Origin: Chiloscyllium plagiosum
Lineage: Eukaryota
NCBI RefSeq assembly: GCF_004010195.1
Contig: NC_057718.1
Coordinates: forward strand, 33,320,177-33,354,389
Reading direction: 5' to 3'
Length of the DNA stretch: 34,213 nucleotides
Below the pieces are notes generated by a model, which was not told where the DNA came from, did not search any database, and was given only the letters and a program-made list of their open reading frames with translations. This document shows positions 1 through 10,820 of this stretch, one piece after another (position 1 is the stretch's first letter; the number at the start of each line of letters is the position of its first letter). Made by a program: the position numbers and the translations under genes.

Positions 1-277
1 GTAAAGAGAGAAAAAAACACCGCTGCCCGCTACCAGTAAGTAATTTTAAAACAAACTGTCTTACCTTAGCTGCTGCTCGCACTCAAAGTGACCGTTGGCG
101 TCGAAGGGTGAGTATTTATACTCACTGCTTTCCTTCCCGGCTGCCCCTCTGGTCTTCGTCACTTCACCCTGCTGCTCCCGCTCTTTCTGTAAAGAGAGAA
201 AAAAACACCGCTGCCCGCTACCAGTAAGTAATTTTAAAACAAACTGTCTTACCTTAGCTGCTGCTCGCACTCAAAGT
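1..277 (-). repeat. Tandem repeat with 188-bp period (at least 1.5 units visible); possibly the repetitive 5' UTR of a CR1 LINE running off the left edge
   Basis: Bases 1-89 are identical to 189-277 (gtaaagagag...cactcaaagt). The CR1 5'UTR assignment is inference only. Confidence 0.75.
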
Positions 278-289
278 TGTTTGGTCCAT

Positions 290-740
290 TGTGCCTTCAT
301 CACTAAATAAGCATCATTACCTGGTGCCAATTTCCTATCTTTTCCCCTTGCACATTATTTTTATCAAGATGGCCATCCAATGCCCTCTTGAGTATCTCAA
401 TTAAACCTGCCTTCACCATACTTCCATATCTTAACTATTCACTGAGTGAAAATCTTTCCCCTCACATTATCCTTCCTTCTTTTTCATGTCACTTTAAAAT
501 CTATGTTCTCTTGTTCTTGTTTTGGCTGCAAGCAGGAACAGTTCTCCCTATCTACTCTAAACAGCTGCTCATGATTTAGCAAACCTCTAGCAGATCTCTT
601 CTTAACCTTCTTTTCTCCAAGGGGAACAGTCTCAACTTCTTCAATCTATCCTCACAACTGAAATGCCACATTCCTGGAACCATTCTTGTAAACCTCCTCT
701 GCATGCTCTCCAAATCATTTATATCCCTCTAGCATGTGGC
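290..740 (-). mobile_element. Degenerate CR1 LINE 3' fragment (ORF2 C-terminus and 3' UTR)
   Basis: Reverse strand at about 672-713 encodes LESMQRRFTRMVPG, the CR1 RT C-terminal motif also seen in other copies here. Confidence 0.75.
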
Positions 741-807
741 AAAGGGAGCTATTATGGTGCCATAGAGTCGGAGTCATAAAGAAAGGAAAAAGACCCTTTG
801 ATCCAAC

Positions 808-1045
808 TCTAGAGGGCAAAGGTTTACAGTGGGAGGGGAAAGATTTAAAAGGGGCCTGAGGGACAACTTTTTCACACAGAAGGTGGTGCATGTATGGAAC
901 GAGCTGCTAGAGAAAGTGGTAAATGCAGGTACAGTTACAATATTTAAAAGACATTTGGACAGGTACATGAATAGGAAGGATTTAGAGAGTTATGGACCAT
1001 ATGCAGGGTAATGGGACTAGTGTAGTTTGGGAAACCTGGTCAGCA
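808..1045 (+). mobile_element. CR1/HER1 LINE 3' fragment
   Basis: ORF 829-1011 reads ERFKRGLRDNFFTQKVVHVWNELLEKVV...FKRHLDRYMNRK, the CR1 ORF2 end. Confidence 0.85.
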
Positions 1046-1046
1046 T

Positions 1047-1208
1047 TCCAAGTGCCTTCTTTACCACCCTGTCAACCTGTGATGCCACTTTCAAGGAACC
1101 CTTAGACCTGAACCCCTAGGTCACCCTGTTTGACAAAACCCCCTGGGGCTGTACCACTAACTGTTTAAGTCCTGCCCTAGTTTGTCTTACCAAAATGCAA
1201 CACCTTGT
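1047..1208 (-). mobile_element. CR1 LINE RT fragment
   Basis: Reverse strand reads like the CR1 segment VLHFGKTN..RT..DLGVQV..SLKVASQVDRVVKKALG. Confidence 0.7.
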
Positions 1209-2869
1209 GTAATAGGCTTCACTTTAACTGTGCTGGTGACAGTGTCTTAGCAAATTGAATAACTAGGTCTGTAGAGATGGCTTGAAACTAATAAGAGTGG
1301 CAGAGGGGAAATGCACACTCACAAAACAAAAGGAAATCGCAGCATTACCCAGCAGCTACTTGAAGAATGATACCCAGCATGGGACAAGAAGAGACAGACT
1401 AAGCAAACATAGAAAGACAGCAGTAAATAAGGTCAAAGGGAGGAAAATTGGTAAAATGGCAAAATTAATGGTTGTTTACATGCATTGTATTGGGAAAATA
1501 AATGGAATAATTCCACAAATGATGAAAGATGGACTGAGATGGGGGGAAAATAGCTTTACATCCTGAATGATTATGACCTAACTATTGATAGGTTATTGAC
1601 CTAACCTTCATAGTTTCAGAAATAATGTTTATTGTATCAGTGTATCCTGTACCCAGTTGCTTTAATGCAATAAATCACAAGTGGTTTAAGGTAAGAGCAT
1701 CTTCTCATTTGATATAAGTGGTTTTCCTGTACTGCACTAGACAGAGCAGGCCCTGTAGATCACGACCAGGAAAGAAAATGGTGGCAGCAAACCTACCAAA
1801 TGGATCTTACAGCTTGATGAGCTGTGGTGAAGATTCATCTTACAACACGCTGAGAAGTAATGAGGAATCCATTAAGCTGTAGGATACAAAACACTGGAAA
1901 CCCTAAGAATCTGAGGATGCTTCAGCCATAGCTTTTAGAAGGGTTTCAGGCAAATAGTCAGCAACTGAAAGCTGCATTTCGACAGTCCCACGGAAGAGAA
2001 ACTTTTGGCAAACTGAAACAAGGCAGAATCTACAGTCAATAATAAAATGCATTTCAGAGCGAGGAAGAGGTAAGGGCAGCACAGACATATATGAAAGATA
2101 GAACTTCCATGGAGTTGGAACATGAATCAAACCAAGGCAGGAAGAGACAGTATTGGATGCCCAACATTCTGTATGTTCGGTCCAAAGTCAAGGTTAAGCT
2201 GGAAGGTGAATGGACATCATTGGCTCATGGGTAAATTTGAAACCCTTGGTGGGTCTGGGAAAACATTTCTTTAAAAATGTAGCAGTTTGTGGGCAGGGAA
2301 AGGTTGAAGTAGGCTAAATACTTACGATTCAGATTGAGTGTCAGCCATAGCACAAAGTATGTGTACAGTAAGGGAAATAAGAAACAATTTAACATGATGT
2401 CACAGACCAGGGAATATCACAAGGCCAGAACTAAAGTAATAAAGAGGCAAATTGTAAACAGAAACAGACAAAATCTAATAGGAATAGAATATTATGAGAC
2501 TATTGAGGTCAGAGAAAAAGTGCAAGATCATTATTTAAACCATGGTAAAGGCGGGATGCATTTTTAAAACCACATCCAGGAAAAGACTGAAAAGCAACAG
2601 GGAATATTAACAGTACCACAGACACTGAGAACCATCTAGGAAACCTCATTATATGGATAGCATTCATCTTATTGAGCCACAAAGCACAGGGTTGCTTCAG
2701 TAAAGCTGTTAAGGAAACTGGAATCATTTGTTAAGGCTGCAATTAGCAAGATTCATCTGGAGAAGCCACAGAAAAGCTAGGAATTTTATTCATTTTACTT
2801 GCAGAAGATGGGTAACCTCCATTTTTACAATACAAGGGCAGTTATAGCTTCCACTGCAGTGATATTGGT

Positions 2870-4520
2870 ATTCACCAAAGAGAAGGAATTGATATAAGAT
2901 GATCTCAGGAAAGGGAGTGTTGAATTTCTAAGTCAAGCTGCTATTAAAAAGGATTGTGCATCTTAAAAGTATTAAAATAGATAAGTCTCCAGGTCCCAAT
3001 GGAATCTATCCCAGAATATTAAGGGAATCAAGAGAACAAATTGCTAGAGCATTGGCTGACATCTTTGTGTCCTCTTTGGCTACAGGTGAGGTCCCAGAGG
3101 ATTAGACAATAGCTAATGCTGTCCTATTGTTTAAAAAGGGTAACATAGATAATCCAGGAAATTATAGGCCCTGAGCCTCATGTCAGTAGTAGGGAAATTA
3201 TTGGAAAAGATTCTCAGGGACAAGATCTATAAGCATTTAGAGACAGTGGACTTATTCACAATACACGGCATGTTTTTGTGCAGGGGAGGTTGTGCCTCAC
3301 TAAGTTGATCGAGATTTTTGATGAGATGAAGATGATGATTGATAAGGGAAAAACGGTTGATGTTGTCGACATGGACTTCAATAAAGTCTTTGACAAGGTC
3401 TCTCATGGCAGACAGATACAAAAGGTGAAGTCACCTGGTATCGGGGTGAGCTGCAAGATGGATACACAACTGGCTTTGTCATAGGAGACAGAGGGTAGTG
3501 GTGGAGGAACGCTTTTCGGAATGGACGGCTGTGACTAGAGGTGTTCCACAGGGATCAGTGCTGGGACCTTTTCTGTGTGAGATCTATATAAATGATTTGG
3601 AGGAAAACGTAGCTGGTCTAATTAGTAGGTTCGCAGACAATACAAAGATTGTTGCAGTTGCGGATAGTGAGGAGGATTGTCAGAGGATACAGCAGGATAC
3701 AGATCAGTTGGAGGCATGGTCAGAAAATGGCAGATGGAGTTCAATCTGGACAAATGTAAGGTGCTGTATTTTGGAAGGTCAAATACAGTTGGAGATTATG
3801 GCAGAACTCTAAGGAGTATTGATATGAAGAGTGATCTGGGTATGCAGGTCCACAGATCACTAAAGGTGGCAGTACAGGTAGGTAAGGTAGTTAAAAAGGC
3901 CGATGACACGCTTGCCTTCTTTGGAAGAGGGATTGAGTATAAGGATAGGAAAGTTATGCAGCAGCTTTATAGAACTTTAGTTAGGCCACACTTGGAATAT
4001 TGCATACAGTTGTGGTCAACACACTGCGAGAAATATGTGGATGCTTTGGGGGCGGTACAAAAAGGTTTTACCAAGATGTTGCCTGGTATGGGGGATTTTA
4101 GCTATGAAGGAAGGTTGGCAAGACTGGGTTTGTTTTCACTGGTACTCAGGAGGTTGAGGGGTGACCTGATAGAAGTTTGTAAGGTTGTGAATGGCATGGA
4201 TAGAGTGGAAAAGATGAGGCATTTTTCCCAGGGTGAAGGAGTCAATTACTAGGGGACACAGGTTCAAGGTGTTGGGGAGAAAGTTCAAAAGAGATGTCTG
4301 AGGCATGTTTTACACCTAAAGGATGGTGAGTGCCTGGAACACACTGACAGAGGAGTTGGTGGAAACAGACACAATAGCAGCATTCAAGAAACACCTGGAC
4401 TAATACATGAATAGGAAGGGAATAGAGGGATATGGATTCTGTAAATGAAGATAATTTTAATATGGAAGGGCAGAGTGAGTTGGCGCAGGCTTGGAGGGCT
4501 GAAGGGCCTGTTCCTGTGTT
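2870..4520 (+). mobile_element. 5'-truncated, frameshifted CR1/HER1 LINE (RT domain to 3' end)
   Basis: KSPGPNGIYP, NYRP, DFNKVFDKVSH, GVPQGSVLGP, FADNT and RPHLEYC motifs are spread over ORFs 3278-4252. The 3' tail gaagggcctgttcctgtg lies at about 4501-4518. Confidence 0.95.
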
Positions 4521-4799
4521 TAATTGGAGGTGTGTTGCTCTTTGTTGCTCTTTGTATGTACAATAGTAGCATTGTTACTCTGCAGAATTAAAATCCTTTA
4601 AAGTAGGAAATGAAATAATCCCATTAGCTAGGCAGGCTAACAGAAATAATACTGCCAAGATGACTTCATTTCAAAGGTATGCTAAGTAGAACACAGCATT
4701 GAATATCTTGGGAAAAAAATGGAATTGCTTCCAAACTAGACACTAAAAGAGAAACACAACAAATAAATTCATTTTTTGTATTCAGTTGGACCTCTATAC

Positions 4800-5752
4800 T
4801 GATTGGAGTCATACCTAGCACAGAGGAAGATGGCTCTGCTTTTTGAAGAACATCAGTCCCAGGACCTTGCTGCAGGAGTTTTTCAGGGATAATGTCCTAG
4901 GCCCATCCCCCACCTCCCATCACAAGATCCGAAGCGAAGATGTTCACTGATGTTTGCACAATGTTCAGCATCAAGCATGACTTCTCAGATACTGGAGATA
5001 TCTTTGTCCAAGACCTGGACAATATTAGGTAAATAAGTGACAAGTAATCTTCACACAACAAAAGCACAGGATAATGACCATCTCCAACATGAGAAATTTT
5101 AACAAGCTCTTCTTAATATTCAATGCCATTATTGATAGTGAATCCCCTACTATCAACAGCCTGGGGTTTACCATTGAGTAAATTTGAACTGGACCAGCTA
5201 TTCAAATACTGTGACTACAAGAGCAAGACAGAGGCTAGGAATTCAATGTAGAGTAACTCACCATCTACAAGGTGCAAGTCATGAATGCAATGGAATACTG
5301 TACAACTGCATCAATGAATGTGATATCAATAGCACTCAAGAAGCTTGACGTTATCCCGGACAAATCATTATCTTCACTATTCACTACCTTTGATGTGTCG
5401 TGCTTGTATGGATGTGCCATCCACAAGTTGCACCACTGTAGCTCACTAAGATTCCTTTGACAGTACGTTTCAAATTCATGACCTCTAACACCTAGAAGTA
5501 CAAGATCATTAGGTGCAGAGGAACACCATCACCTGCAAAGTTCCTCTCCAAGTGGCAAATGACTCTGACTTTGGAATTTATCACCATTCCTTCATTGTCA
5601 CTGGGTCAAAATCCTCAAACTCTCTTCCTATCAGCATTGTGCATGTATCTAACTGCCATGGACTGCAAAGCTCCCAACATCTTCTCAATGGCAATGAGGG
5701 AAGGGAAATAAATTCAGGCCTTACCAGCCTTATCCAAATCCTATGAATGAAT
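4800..5752 (+). mobile_element. Old non-LTR retrotransposon of a second (CR1/L2-group) family, RT remnant plus 3' tail
   Basis: Degenerate RT motifs (GVFQG..LGP at about 4875-4905, MFTDVCT at about 4940). The tail ggcaatgaggg...aataaattcaggccttaccagc...atgaatgaat is shared with the SINE at 5915-6255. Confidence 0.6.
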
Positions 5753-5914
5753 GTTTAACAAAAACATAAGTAGGGAAGCAAATTTTGAAGATGGTAAAAA
5801 GTGTCAAAGGGATACAGATAAATTAAGTAAATGGTCAAAAAATTGACATATGGAACATAATATGAGAACATGTGAGATTGTCCACTTTGACAAGAAGAAA
5901 AGAAAAACAGATAT

Positions 5915-6255
5915 TTGTTTTATCTTTCATGTGATTAGATGTCACAGGTAAGGCCATCATTTTGTTGCTTCATTGCTATTTGTCCTTGAGCTGAGAGGCA
6001 GTTAAGATTCAGCCACATTGCTGTGGGTCTGGAGTCAGATATAAGCCAGACAGATAAAGATTGTAAATTTCCTCCAAAGGACATTTGAGAACGAGATGAG
6101 TTTTTAACAACAGTAATGGATAATTTCAGACTTACTATTATTGTGAATAGCTTTCAATTTCAAATTTATTTTTGGAATTTAAATTTCACCACTTAACCTG
6201 GTTGGATTTGAATTTAATTATTAGATATATAATAATTAATCCAGATAATTACCTC
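5915..6255 (-). mobile_element. tRNA-derived SINE, SacSINE1/DeuSINE-like, degenerate
   Basis: Body cagttaagattcagccacattgctgtgggtctggagtca...; the 3' tail matches the LINE tail at 5685-5750. Related pieces occur at 7470-7562, 8065-8160 and 21743-21910. The family name is from recollection. Confidence 0.6.
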
Positions 6256-6349
6256 AACATCATCATCTCCCCGCAAATAGGGAAGGACTCCAGAATATTG
6301 CATTACAAGAGGGATCTGGTGTCCTCTTGTATGAGTGATAACAGGTTAG

Positions 6350-7289
6350 AGCTGAAAATGTGTTGCTGGAACAGCGCAGCAGGTCAGGCAGCATCCAGGG
6401 AACAGGAGAATCGACGTCTTGGGCATAAGCCCTTCTTCAGGAATGAGGAAAGTGTGTCCAGCAGACTAAGATAAAAGGTAGGGAGGAGGGACTTGGGGGA
6501 TGGGCGTTGGAAATGTGATAGGTGGAAAGAGGTCAAGGTGAGGGTGATAGGTCAGAGTGGGGGTGGGGGCGGAGAGGTCAGGAAGAAGATTGCACGTTAG
6601 GAAGGTGGTGCTGAGTTCGAGGGTTGTGACTGAGACATGCTCTCTGAATTGCTCCGCAAGTAGGCGGCCTGTCTCCCCAATATAGAGGAGGCCACACCGG
6701 CTGCAGCGGATGCAGTAGATGATGTGGGTGGAGGTGCAGGTGAATCTGTGGCGGATATGGAAGTTTCCTTTGGGGCCTTGGAGAGGAGTGAGGGGGGAGG
6801 TGTGGGCGCAAGTGTTGCACCTCCTGCGGTTGCAAGGGAAGGTGCCGGGAGTGGTGGTTGGGTCGGTGGGGGGTGTGGATCTGACAAGGGAGTCGCGGAG
6901 GTAGTGGTCTCTACGGAAAGCTGATAGGGGAGGGGAGGGAAATATATCCTTGGTGCTGATGTCTGTTTGGAGGTGGCGGAAGTGACGGCGGATGATGCGC
7001 TGTACATGGAGGTTAGTGGGGTGGTAGGTGAGCACCCGTGGGGTTCTGTCCTGGTGGCGGTTGGAGGGGCGGGGTTCAAGGGCGGAGGATCGGGAAGTGG
7101 AAGAGATGCGGTGGAGGGCATCGTCGACCACGTCGTCGGGGGGGGGGAAATTGCGGTCCTTGAAGAAGGAGGCCATCTGGGTTGTACGTTTTTAGAACTG
7201 GTCCTCCTGGGAGCAGATGCGGCGGAGACGAAGGAATTGGGAGAATGGGATGGCGTTTTTACAGAGGGCAGGGTGGGAGGAGGTGTAGT
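6350..7289 (-). mobile_element. Penelope-like retroelement: 5'-truncated, RT thumb plus N-terminal half of a GIY-YIG endonuclease plus 3' pLTR; inactive
   Basis: Reverse strand reads YTSSHPALCKNAIPFSQFLRLRRICS, then an in-frame stop, then ...CNRRRCNTC...IIYCIRCSRCGLLYIGETGRLLAEQFREH (GIY-YIG). The frame jumps into 3' UTR at about 6637 (internal deletion). Confidence 0.92.
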
Positions 7290-7599
7290 GTTAGGTGAAG
7301 GGGTAAATGTAGGGGAATGGTCTGGGTGGGTTGCTCTTCGGAGGGGCGGTGTGGACTTGTTGGGCCGAAGGGCCCCTATCCACACTGTAAGGAATCTAAT
7401 CAAAGACCATCCCCACTGTTCCAGGAATCAGTCTTGTGACCCCTCCATGAACTGTAAGTCCAGTAATTAGGGAGGTGATAGCTTTGAGGTATTATCACTA
7501 AACTCTTATTCCAGAGACCTAGTTAATATTCTGGGGACCTGGGTTCAAATCCCACCATGGCGATGCCCTCATCCTGTTACAGAATACAGAAAAAAAGGT

Positions 7600-7726
7600 C
7601 TGAAAAATGTGTTGCTGGAAAAGCGCAGCAGGTCAGGCAGCATCTAAGGAGCAGGAGAATCGACGTTTCGGGCATAAGCCTTTCTTCAGCTCTGATCTCC
7701 AGCATCTGCAGACCTCACTTTCTTCT
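7600..7726. mobile_element. Short Penelope pLTR-derived insertion
   Basis: Same sequence as the PLE terminus at 6350-6443 and 25593-25822. It is flanked by the direct repeats agaaaaaaaggt (7588-7599) and agaaaaaaaaggt (7727-7739). Confidence 0.8.
7657..7690 (-). ncRNA. Minimal type I hammerhead-ribozyme motif (PLE family 1); stem I arm lost
   Basis: Reverse strand: CTGAAGA-AAGGC-TTAT-GCCC-GAAA-CGTC. Confidence 0.55.
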
Positions 7727-8226
7727 AGAAAAAAAAGGTATTCAACAAAGAGACATCTTTCCTTAAGCAAATAAACCAGATCTATTACAGTATTTCAGGT
7801 GTGGTCTCACGTTAGCTTGCGGGTACAGCAAGTAATTGGAAGGGCAAATAGAGTATTAAGCATTATTGCAAAGGGGATGGAGTATAAACTCAAAAAGTCT
7901 TGTTACAACTCTGCAGGACATTGGTGAGACCACACCTGAAATACTGTAATACTGCCCGAAACGTCGATTCTCCTGCTCCTTAGATGCTGCCTGACCTGCT
8001 GCACTTTTCCAGCAACACATTTTTCAGACTTTTTTTTCTATATTCTGTAACAGGATGAGGGCATCGCCATGGTGGGATTTGAACCCAGGTCCCCAGAATA
8101 TTACCTGGGTCTCTAGAATAAGAGTTTAGTGATAATACCTCAAAGCCATCACCTCCCTAATTACTGGACTTACAGTTCATGGAGGGGTCACAAGACTGAT
8201 TCCTGGAACAGTGGGGATGGTCTTTG

Positions 8227-8540
8227 ATTAGATTCCTTACAGTGTGGAAAGGGGCCCTTCGGTCCAACAAGTCCACACCGCCCCTCCGAAGATCAACCCA
8301 CCCAGACCCATTCCCCTACATTTACCCCTTCACCTAACACTACGGGCAATTTAGCATGGCCAATTCACCTAACCTGCATGCTTTTGGACTGTGGGAGGAA
8401 AGCAGAGCACCTGGAGGAAACCCACGCAGATATGGGAAGAATGTGCAAACTCCACACAGACAGTTGCCTGAGGTGGGAATTGAACCCAGGTCTCTGGCAC
8501 TGTGAAGCAGCAGTGCTAACCACTGTGCCACCGTGTCGCC
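8227..8540 (-). mobile_element. HE1-type tRNA-derived SINE, full length
   Basis: Reverse strand has the head ggcgacacggtggcacagtggttagcactgctgc, a B-box ggttcaattccc, and a CR1/HER1-like tail ccgaagggcc..ccacactgtaaggaatctaatc. Confidence 0.9.
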
Positions 8541-8897
8541 CTCTTGTGAGGAAACGTTCAGCATGTTGGTCCTGTATCCATTGAAATTGAAAAGGATAAG
8601 AGACAATATTATCAAAATGAATAAGATGCTAAAGGGACTTAACAGTGTAGATGCTGCCAGAGTATTTCCACATTTAGGATGATTTAGATCTCGCAAAACA
8701 GTTGAAACATATTGGGTCCCCTATTCAAGGTGGATATGAGGAAAGTTTTCTCTTTAGACATAGAAAGATTTATCATTTTCACTACAGGTTGTTGTGGTTA
8801 CTTCCCTAACGCAGTGAATGCGATAGTTGGATACTGAATTGACTTGCTGGAAATAATCAGCAATAATATTAATGGGACACGTCTGTTTATGTCGCAG

Positions 8898-9102
8898 GGT
8901 GCTTTCTGGGGCCTTATGGCAGGACTGGCTGAGGGTATAATTTGAATGATTGTTGAGTTTATTTATGAAGTTCCATGAGGATCACAAACCAGACATCCTC
9001 AAGAACATGCATTACCTTTACTTTGCCTTGGTACTGTGTGGAGTTACTGCAATCATTATCGCTATTGTCAGTCTATTGACTCCACGAATTAAGGAAGAAG
9101 AT
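8898..9102 (+). pseudogene. SLC5A9: Disabled internal exon of an SLC5 sodium/glucose cotransporter, most similar to SLC5A9 (SGLT4)
   Basis: Acceptor gtcgcag| and donor |gtaagt. Translation is GAFWGLMAGLAEGII*MIVEFIYEVP, then a frameshift, then EDHKPDILKNMHYLYFALVLCGVTAIIIAIVSLLTPRIKEED. This matches the SGLT exon GAFWGL...RMILEF..P.CGE.D.RP..LK..HYLYFA..LCG.TAI....VSL.T..I.EE. TGA at 8943-8945 replaces the conserved Arg. The exon is 205 bp versus 216 expected from the human peptide as I recall it. The paralogue assignment is less certain than the family. Confidence 0.85.
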
Positions 9103-9229
9103 GTAAGTAATAGGTATTCACCAATTAATTGACCCTTTAAAGAAACTTTTTTAAAAAATTACATCTACATAAAATTGACTTTTCTGTCTCTAAAGAATAT
9201 TCCAAATTTCGTCTCTTAAGTTGTTTACA

Positions 9230-9575
9230 TTGAAAATAGGAGTAGGATTAGGCCATTCAGCCTATTAAAGCTGCTTCACCATACAGTATGATCATGGCTG
9301 ATCATCCACATCAATACTCTGTTCCCACTTTCTCATCATCCCTTTGATCTCTTCAGCCCTAAGAACTATATTTATTCCTTCCTGAAAACATTCAATGTTT
9401 TGGCCTTAACTGCTTTCTGTGACAGAATTCCACAGGTTCATCACTCTCTGGGTGATGACATTTCTCCTCAGTTTAGTCCTAAATGGGTTACTCCATATCC
9501 TTTGAATTGTGAACTCTGGTTCTGGACTCCCCAGTCATGAGAAACATCCTCCCTGCAGTCCTCTTAGAATTTTAC
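9230..9575 (-). mobile_element. CR1 LINE 3' fragment
   Basis: Reverse complement of a CR1 end (RRNVITQRVMNLWNS..KAVKAKTLNVF), matching the + copy at 26350-26935. Confidence 0.8.
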
Positions 9576-9579
9576 ACAA

Positions 9580-9875
9580 GACCTGCTCTCTGCTCTGCTT
9601 TGACCCTGCTTGCCCTGACTGTTTGACTCACTTTTGTTCTCAACTGTACCAGTCTCAGATTGGTCTCTTTCCTCACTATCTCCCTGGGTCTCACTGTCTC
9701 CACCACATCCCCCCCACCCCAACCTTAATAGTTTAAATCCTCCTGAGCAGCTCTAGCAAATCTCCCTGCCAGTATATTAGTCCCTACCAATTTAGGTGCA
9801 AACCATCCTTGTACAGATCACTTCTACCCCAAAAGACCTTTCAATGATCCAAAAATATAATCCTTCTCCCATACA
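9580..9875 (-). mobile_element. CR1 ORF1 C-terminal remnant (SGNH/GDSL esterase-like)
   Basis: Reverse strand reads FLDH..FWGRSDLYK/DGLHLNW*GTNILAGRFARAAQEDLN. DGLHL is the SGNH block V motif of CR1 ORF1p. Confidence 0.75.
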
Positions 9876-10316
9876 CCAGGTTTGGAGGATTTGAGCCCTA
9901 AGAAGTGGTTAAATAGGCTAGGGTTGTTTTCCCAGGAGTGTAGGAGGCTGACGGGTGACTTTATAGAGGTTTATACAATTATGAGGGGCATGGAAAGGAT
10001 AAATAGACAAAGTCTTTTCCCTGGAATGGAGGAGTCCAGAACTAGAGGGCATAGGTTTAGGGTGAGAGTGGAAAGACATAAAAGAGACCTAAGGGCACCT
10101 TTTTCACACAGAGGGTGGTACGTATATGGAATGAGCTGCCAGAGGAAGTGGTGATGGCAAGTACAATTGCAACATTTAAAAGGCACCTGGATGGGTATAT
10201 TAATAGGAAGAGTTTTGAGGGATATGGGCCAGGTGCTGGCAGGTTGGACTGTCTAGTCGGCATGGACGAGTTGGACCCAAGGGTCTGTTTTCGTGCTGTA
10301 TCTCTCTATGACTCTA
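9876..10316 (+). mobile_element. CR1/HER1 3' fragment (copy 1 of an adjacent pair)
   Basis: RLGLFS..RRL.GD.IEVY.IMRG...WNELPEEVV...FKRHLDGY, with tail ctctatgactcta. Confidence 0.9.
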
Positions 10317-10353
10317 AGAGAATGTTAGAGCATGGAAGCAGACCTTTTGGTCC

Positions 10354-10820
10354 AAAGATGTTGCCAGGGTTGGAGGATTTGAGATATCGGAAGAGGTTGG
10401 ATAGGCTGGGACTGTTTTCCCTGGAGCATCAGAGGCTGAGGGGTGACCTTACAGAGGTTTATAAAATCATGAAGGGCGTGGATAGGATAAATAGACAAAG
10501 TCTTTTCCCTGGGGTGGAGGAGTCCAGACCTAGAGGGCATAGGTTTAGGGTGAGAGGAGGAAGATGTAAAAGGAACCCAAGGGGCAACTTTTACATGCAG
10601 AGGGTGGTTCATGTATAGAATGAGCTGCCAGAGGAAGTGGTGGAGGCTAGTACAATTGCAACATTTAAAAGGCATTTGGATGGGGTATATGAATAGGAAG
10701 GCTTTAGAGGGATATGGGCCTGGTGCTGGGAAGTGGGATTAGATTAGGTTGGGATATCTGGTTGGCATGGACAAGTTGGACTGAAGGGTCTGTTTCTGTG
10801 CTGTTCATCCCTATGACTCT
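10354..10820 (+). mobile_element. CR1/HER1 3' fragment (copy 2 of the adjacent pair)
   Basis: KMLPGLEDLRYRKRLDRLGLFSLEHQRLRGDLTEVYKIMKG..., followed by the same tail. Confidence 0.9.

Larger units (their letters stand above)
7285..8343. repeat. Long inverted repeat: arms 7285-7674 / 7953-8343 plus inner arms 7783-7810 / 7924-7951
   Basis: Direct reverse-complement comparison gives about 11 differences in 390 bp by eye. The inner 28-bp arms are perfect. Confidence 0.95.
5770..8755 (+). mobile_element. Old CR1 copy split by later insertions (pieces at about 5770-5910, 6270-6349, 7811-7951 and 8545-8755)
   Basis: The pieces follow CR1 ORF2 order: CEIVHF; RDL.V; gttag|cttgcgggtacagcaag..LVRPHLKYC; then the KMLKGL..VD..FP tail. 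Confidence 0.7.

Noticed and set aside
6578..7470. Long Pro/His/Gly-rich ORFs (268 aa, 167 aa, 85 aa)
   Set aside because: They are alternative or antisense frames of the C-rich Penelope ORF.
9876..10820. Apparent tandem duplication of about 450 bp
   Set aside because: The copies differ at many sites and have different 5' truncation points, which fits two independent CR1 insertions better.
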